The position numbers were made by a program, and so were the translations under genes. DNA of 64,000 nucleotides from Candidatus Hodarchaeota archaeon. GTDB taxonomy: Archaea > Asgardarchaeota > Heimdallarchaeia > Hodarchaeales > Hodarchaeaceae. The first letter of the stretch is position 1, and every line of letters begins with the position of its first letter. The notes below the pieces were generated by a model. It did not search any database. It worked only from the letters and a program-made list of their open reading frames with translations, and was not told the origin of the DNA. Positions 59,470 to 64,000 of this stretch are shown one piece after another. The stretch covers positions 64,001 through 128,000 of the forward strand of contig JAEOTC010000086.1 in NCBI GenBank assembly GCA_016840035.1, read 5' to 3'.

Positions 59470-59485
59470 TAAAGGTTGAATTTAA

Positions 59486-60241
59486 ATGACACAAGAGAAA
59501 ACATCTCTACTTTTAGATAATGGAAGACGTTTAGATGGTAGAGAACTTCATGAATTACGTCCAATTACTATGCGAAGTAGTGTGTTGGATAGAGCAGATG
59601 GGAGTTGTTACCTCACTTGGGGTAATAACAAAATTATATGTGCAGTATATGGTCCTAGAGAATTGCATCCAAAACATTTAGCTAAACCAGATCGAGCTAT
59701 CGTTCGTGTTGAATATCGACTAGCCACATTTTCTGTAAATGAACGAAAAAGTCCCGCTCCTAGAAGAAGGGAATATGAATTAAGTAAATTAATTAAAGAG
59801 TCTTTAGATGCAGTTCTATTCTTAGAAAAATTTCCTAACGGCACAATTGATGTTTATATCACGGTTTTAGATGCAGATGGAGGAACCCGATGTGCTGCTC
59901 TAACAGCGGCATCGATAGCCCTAGCCGACGCCGGTATTCCAATGAAAGGATTCATTACGGGCTGTGCGGTTGGAAAAGTTGCCGATAAAATGGTTGTTGA
60001 CTTATCTGATGTTGAAGATAAAGATGGCCAAGGTGATATGCCCGTAGCTATGAATCATAACACCGGGGAAATCACTCTGCTTCAATGTGATGGAGAATTC
60101 ACAACTGATGAGGTAAAAGAAGGATTATCACTCGCAGTTGATGCAATTGGTGAGGTTTACAAGATGCAAAGAGAAGCAGTTTTAGCGAAATACACCCAAA
60201 TCGAGGGAAAAATAGATGACTTGGGAGAAGAAGAGGAATAG
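59486..60241 (+). CDS. rrp41: Exosome subunit Rrp41
   Basis: RLDGR...ELR, ADGS, AVYGPRE, ADGGTR, ALADAGIPM. Confidence 0.97.
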   Translation: MTQEKTSLLLDNGRRLDGRELHELRPITMRSSVLDRADGSCYLTWGNNKIICAVYGPRELHPKHLAKPDRAIVRVEYRLATFSVNERKSPAPRRREYELSKLIKESLDAVLFLEKFPNGTIDVYITVLDADGGTRCAALTAASIALADAGIPMKGFITGCAVGKVADKMVVDLSDVEDKDGQGDMPVAMNHNTGEITLLQCDGEFTTDEVKEGLSLAVDAIGEVYKMQREAVLAKYTQIEGKIDDLGEEEE

Positions 60242-61105
60242 GTGAATATCATGCGTTCAGAAGCAATAGTTGGCGTTTTAGAAAAACAATACGTCACTAA
60301 ATTACTTGAAAAGGGAAAGAGAGTTGATGGAAGAGGCTTATTGGATAGTAGACCAATACAAATCATTCCAAATGTAGTTAAGAAAGCTGAAGGGTCTGCG
60401 ATGGTAAAATGGGGAGATACTGTTGTCCTCGCAGGTGTTAAAGCCCAATTGGGTTCTCCATTTCCTGATACACCAAATGATGGAGTAATTACTGTCAATG
60501 CTGAAATCTCACCAATTTCATCACCAACCAATGAAAGTGGTCCACCTGGCCCTCGCACCGTTGAATTAGCGCGTGTAGTGGATCGTGGTATTCGTGAAAG
60601 TAAAGTACTTCCTATGAAGGATCCTAAACTTTGTGTAATCCCAGGAAAGAAAGTTTGGATTATATTTGTTGATATCTATATCCTTGATGATGGTGGAAAT
60701 TTATTTGATGCTGCAGCTCTGGGTGCTATAGCAGCAATTGCAAATACGCGTATAAAAAAGGTCGTTATTGATGAAGATCTAGAGGAAGTTACTCTTTTGG
60801 AAGAAACAGAACCTCTCCCAAGGAATGGATCTGTTGTGAGTCTTACTTTTGCAAAAATTGAAAATACAATAGTTTACGACCCAAATCTTATCGAAGATCG
60901 GGGAAAAGATGCTCGATTCTCATTAGCTCTGACTGATAAAGGAATCGTATGCTCAATGCAAAAAGGAGAGTCTGGAATCTTCACTCAGGAAGAATTTACA
61001 AAAATTTTAGACCAAAGTTCAGCGTTAGCTGCACCTTTACTTGAGAAAATTGAGGATTGTTCTCAATACCCTGAACTGAATGAAATGTACAATTTTGAAT
61101 TTTAA
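60242..61105 (+). CDS. rrp42: Exosome subunit Rrp42
   Basis: RVDGR, AEGSA, PFPDTP, ELARVVDRGIRES, DGGNLFDA, MQKG. Confidence 0.97.
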   Translation: MNIMRSEAIVGVLEKQYVTKLLEKGKRVDGRGLLDSRPIQIIPNVVKKAEGSAMVKWGDTVVLAGVKAQLGSPFPDTPNDGVITVNAEISPISSPTNESGPPGPRTVELARVVDRGIRESKVLPMKDPKLCVIPGKKVWIIFVDIYILDDGGNLFDAAALGAIAAIANTRIKKVVIDEDLEEVTLLEETEPLPRNGSVVSLTFAKIENTIVYDPNLIEDRGKDARFSLALTDKGIVCSMQKGESGIFTQEEFTKILDQSSALAAPLLEKIEDCSQYPELNEMYNFEF

Positions 61106-61155
61106 CTGTCAAAAGGTAAAAAACAGACACTTAAAAATGGAAACTTGGTGGTAAA

Positions 61156-61431
61156 ATGGGTCGGACTAAGAAAGTAGGTTCAACTGGACGTTTTGGTACC
61201 CGTTATGGAGCTACAATTCGAAAACGAGTTAAAAAAATTGAGCAAGATTCGAAGAGATTTCACACTTGCCCTTCCTGCGACTCACTGAAAGTTAAACGTG
61301 TATCTATTGGAATTTGGCTGTGTAAATTCTGTGGACACAAATTTACTGGTGGTTCATGGGCTCCAGAAACCCCTGGAGGCAAGATTGCTCAAAGAACCGC
61401 GAAACGTCTTGCAACACAAACTGATTCTTAA
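61156..61431 (+). CDS. rpl37ae: Ribosomal protein eL43 (L37ae)
   Basis: KKVGSTGRFGTRYG, CPSC...GIWLCKFC..KFTGG. Confidence 0.97.
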   Translation: MGRTKKVGSTGRFGTRYGATIRKRVKKIEQDSKRFHTCPSCDSLKVKRVSIGIWLCKFCGHKFTGGSWAPETPGGKIAQRTAKRLATQTDS

Positions 61432-61473
61432 GAGGGACTTCCCTTAGCGAGAATATTAACCGAATGAAGAATA

Positions 61474-62049
61474 ATGACGAATAATGAGAAGGAAGCTTCC
61501 CCTTCCTTTTTAATTACAACTTCTCATAATCCTTCTCATTTTCTTCGTCGTGTGAGTAAATTAATTTCCTATTCACTCCCTACTTCAAAGAGAATAAACC
61601 GAGGATCCTTAAATCTCAAGGAATTACGCAATTTTTGCTGGAATACCGGTATTCAGAAAGTATTAATTATACAAGGTTCTAAATCAATAGATTCAGTATC
61701 TATCTGCTGTTATAACTTCATTGAATCTCTCCAGCAAATGAAAGCAGATATCATTCTTTCTAACTTTAATTTCCCTAAGAGAGGAGATACTAATTCGAGA
61801 ATTGAAGTAACCAAGATTAATGTTAAATTTTCTCCCGAAATTCCGGCGAGTATTCGAAGATCTGTCCATAACTTCATGCATCCTTTAGTGCTTGAAGTCG
61901 GAGAGGATGTATCAAAGTCAAGTTTATTGATAGACTTTGAAGGATATTCAAATGGGAATATACTAGGAGTTGTAACTAGGGCAGATTCGATAGATAAATC
62001 CCCTCTCTATTCATTTAAATTAAGTAATTGCTTGGAGGCGGAACCATGA
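61474..62049 (+). CDS. Brix-domain (Imp4-like) ribosome biogenesis protein
   Basis: LITTSHNPS...INRGSLNL; conserved position in the exosome operon. Confidence 0.82.
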   Translation: MTNNEKEASPSFLITTSHNPSHFLRRVSKLISYSLPTSKRINRGSLNLKELRNFCWNTGIQKVLIIQGSKSIDSVSICCYNFIESLQQMKADIILSNFNFPKRGDTNSRIEVTKINVKFSPEIPASIRRSVHNFMHPLVLEVGEDVSKSSLLIDFEGYSNGNILGVVTRADSIDKSPLYSFKLSNCLEAEP

Positions 62050-62330
62050 GGGCCAAAGTTAGTGTAAGGACCAGAATCCAACTTGAATCATTGGAAGAGG
62101 CTGAATTTTTGTATGAATCCTTGTCTCCTGAAGTAAATGATCATCAATTTTTTCGATCAAGTATTACGCTGGAGTTGGATGGCACATCCTTGGTTGTACA
62201 CGTTAATTCACATGATATTACTGCTGCAAAAGCAAATATTTCATCGATGCTACGATGGATTTCTTTGTTAACAGAGTTAATTCAAATTATCCCGAAGAAA
62301 ATTGTAAATACAAAAAATAAATCTACTTAA
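62046..62330 (+). CDS. pcc1: KEOPS subunit Pcc1
   Basis: LYESLSPE...RS...DITAAKANISSMLRW. Confidence 0.87.
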   Translation: MRAKVSVRTRIQLESLEEAEFLYESLSPEVNDHQFFRSSITLELDGTSLVVHVNSHDITAAKANISSMLRWISLLTELIQIIPKKIVNTKNKST

Positions 62331-62349
62331 TAACAGAGGAATTTCAAAA

Positions 62350-62694
62350 ATGGCACTCCCTGAACTCTCACCTGCTCAACAAGAACAACTAGTCCGATTT
62401 CGAACCTTAGAACAGAATATTCAGAATCTCCGCATTCAATTAAATGAGATAGAAAGAGCTCTCTCGGAAATAGAAGTTACAAAAAAGGAGTTACTAAATC
62501 TCGAAGGAGATACAGAAGTTTGGAAGGCTGTTGGAGGCGTTATGTTTCCAAAAAAGGCCCAAGATGTATTAAAAGAATTAACTGAGAAAGGAGAATTACT
62601 CGAAATCCAGAAAAAAGGGCTTTCCTCACAAGAAAAACAAAATGTTGAGCGTTTTGAAGAATTACAAAAGAAACTAAGTCAAGATCTTGGATAA
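62350..62694 (+). CDS. pfdB: Prefoldin beta subunit
   Basis: Coiled coils flanking VWKAVGGVM. Confidence 0.93.
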   Translation: MALPELSPAQQEQLVRFRTLEQNIQNLRIQLNEIERALSEIEVTKKELLNLEGDTEVWKAVGGVMFPKKAQDVLKELTEKGELLEIQKKGLSSQEKQNVERFEELQKKLSQDLG

Positions 62695-62740
62695 TTAAAT
62701 TCTAATCATTCCTTCATCATAGCTAATCAGGTCGATTCTT

Positions 62741-63031
62741 TTGTCAATATTAAATCCTGATGATTTACTTGACCATCTCTATGAAGAGATAAACAATTTC
62801 GTTGTTAAGGAAGCGGGGGAAGAATTAGGACATTACGAAATTGATATATCCCTTGATTCAGATAAGAAGGGGGAAATAAACATCGATATTTCCCTAGAAC
62901 TCGAACTGATAGCATATTCTCAAATAGATGTTGAAGAGCTAACTAATAGAGCTATCGCCTATGGCGGAGAAATTGCAGATAAGTACTGCCCTCCACTTGC
63001 TAAGCTAAATATTTCCAAACGTAAATTATAA
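62741..63031 (+). CDS. DUF3194-like acidic protein
   Basis: Size, acidic composition and position after pfdB. Confidence 0.65.
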   Translation: MSILNPDDLLDHLYEEINNFVVKEAGEELGHYEIDISLDSDKKGEINIDISLELELIAYSQIDVEELTNRAIAYGGEIADKYCPPLAKLNISKRKL

Positions 63032-63047
63032 TATTGGTTGCATTGGG

Positions 63048-63995
63048 ATGGCTGAAACGAGCTGTTGTAGTAATCCAGCATACACCAAAGATACAAAGAC
63101 AAGGAAAAATCTTTGTCGTCAACATTTTTGTGAGCTATTTGAGAAACGGGTCAAAAAAACCATATCAAAGTACAAAATGCTGGCCCCTGAAGACCATATA
63201 GGACTTGGTTATTCGGGTGGGAAGGATAGTACTGCTCTGCTTCATTTTTTTTCGAACGTTCTTCTGACAAAATATTCCAAGAATAAACTTACACTTATTG
63301 TCGTAGATGAAGGGATAAAAGGATATCGTGAGAGTGCCTTAGAAATAATAAAGAATATTTCCATGAAATACAATTTTAGACACCTTATCATCTCTTTTTC
63401 AGAACTATACGGAGCAACATTGGATGAAATCGTCCACAAAAGCCATGAATCAGGGAGTTCCTTATCTGCTTGTGCTATCTGTGGAATCTTACGTAGAAGA
63501 GCACTCAACTATGGTAGCCATAAGGCAAAAGTAACAAAGATGGCAACAGCTCATAATTTGGATGATGAAGCTCAAACTATTGTTATGAATCTTTTACGCG
63601 GAGACACAGGTAAGTTCAAGAGGATCACTAGAACTCCAGTAAAAAGATTTTCTTCTCTTATACCTAGAATTCGGCCCTTTGTAAAAGTCTCAGAACCAGA
63701 GATAGTACTTTATGCGCATGCAAATAATCTTGAATACCATTCTGTACCCTGCCCGTATGCTTCCACTGCAATGCGTAATGACATACGAAATTTCTTATCA
63801 GAGATGGAAAATAAACGACCTAGTACACTGATAAATATTGTTAATGTTCATGACTCATTATCGCAATTCTTTACGACACCTGAAATTACTTCCACTACAT
63901 ATTCATGTAAAATCTGTAAAGAATTAACAACACAAGAAATTTGTCCTGTATGTCAATTATTTGAGAAAATCGGCTTAAAGGTAAAAGTAACTTAA
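63048..63995 (+). CDS. ncsA: tRNA 2-thiolation protein NcsA/TtuA/Ctu1
   Basis: SGGKDS PP-loop, VDEGI.GYR, CAICGILRR, TAHNLDDEAQT, CPYA, C-terminal Zn finger. Confidence 0.93.
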   Translation: MAETSCCSNPAYTKDTKTRKNLCRQHFCELFEKRVKKTISKYKMLAPEDHIGLGYSGGKDSTALLHFFSNVLLTKYSKNKLTLIVVDEGIKGYRESALEIIKNISMKYNFRHLIISFSELYGATLDEIVHKSHESGSSLSACAICGILRRRALNYGSHKAKVTKMATAHNLDDEAQTIVMNLLRGDTGKFKRITRTPVKRFSSLIPRIRPFVKVSEPEIVLYAHANNLEYHSVPCPYASTAMRNDIRNFLSEMENKRPSTLINIVNVHDSLSQFFTTPEITSTTYSCKICKELTTQEICPVCQLFEKIGLKVKVT

Positions 63996-64000
63996 TTTTC

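Noticed and set aside
62700-62745. Minus-strand CTGA-N6-ATGATGA K-loop-like motif
   Set aside because: No matching outer C and D boxes
1-64000. CRISPR arrays, transposases/IS, integrases, rRNA genes, and the remaining short antisense ORFs in the track
   Set aside because: No regularly spaced repeats, mobile-element motifs or rRNA sequence seen by eye; the short ORFs are shadows of well-supported genes

Overview
AT-rich archaeal chromosomal window, most likely Asgard (Heimdallarchaeia/Hodarchaeales-like; inferred from eL22, eL38, a histone, Urm1-like and exosome genes). It is mostly housekeeping: a B12 acyl-CoA mutase operon, Acs with an OFA transporter, Pelota/Pth2/uL16, DnaG, HypAB, FtsZ, LonB, RuMP HPS/PHI, aIF5A-NADK-Nob1-eL38 and the proteasome/exosome superoperon. 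There is also a 12-kb cluster encoding a 1712-aa Ig-repeat surface protein with DUF4129, DUF4350, MoxR, DUF58 and membrane proteins. Reading the DNA directly adds features missing from the ORF track. Six tRNA genes carry seven introns, six of them at non-canonical positions. Three well-formed C/D box guide RNAs and two weaker candidates lie in intergenic gaps. One of them (34806-34900) appears to target both strands of 16S helix 34, at the sites methylated by eukaryotic SNORD25/snR56 and SNORD32/snR40. Also found: a ~270-nt structured ncRNA candidate after dnaG, a displaced rpo12, and a >412-codon orphan ORF downstream of tRNA-His. Protein highlights are an opisthokont-like ornithine carbamoyltransferase, an isobutyryl-CoA-mutase-type active site, an FtsZ with a MinD-like membrane tail, and a coiled-coil protein with three PRC-barrel-like repeats. 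All family assignments come from motif recognition; no searches were run.
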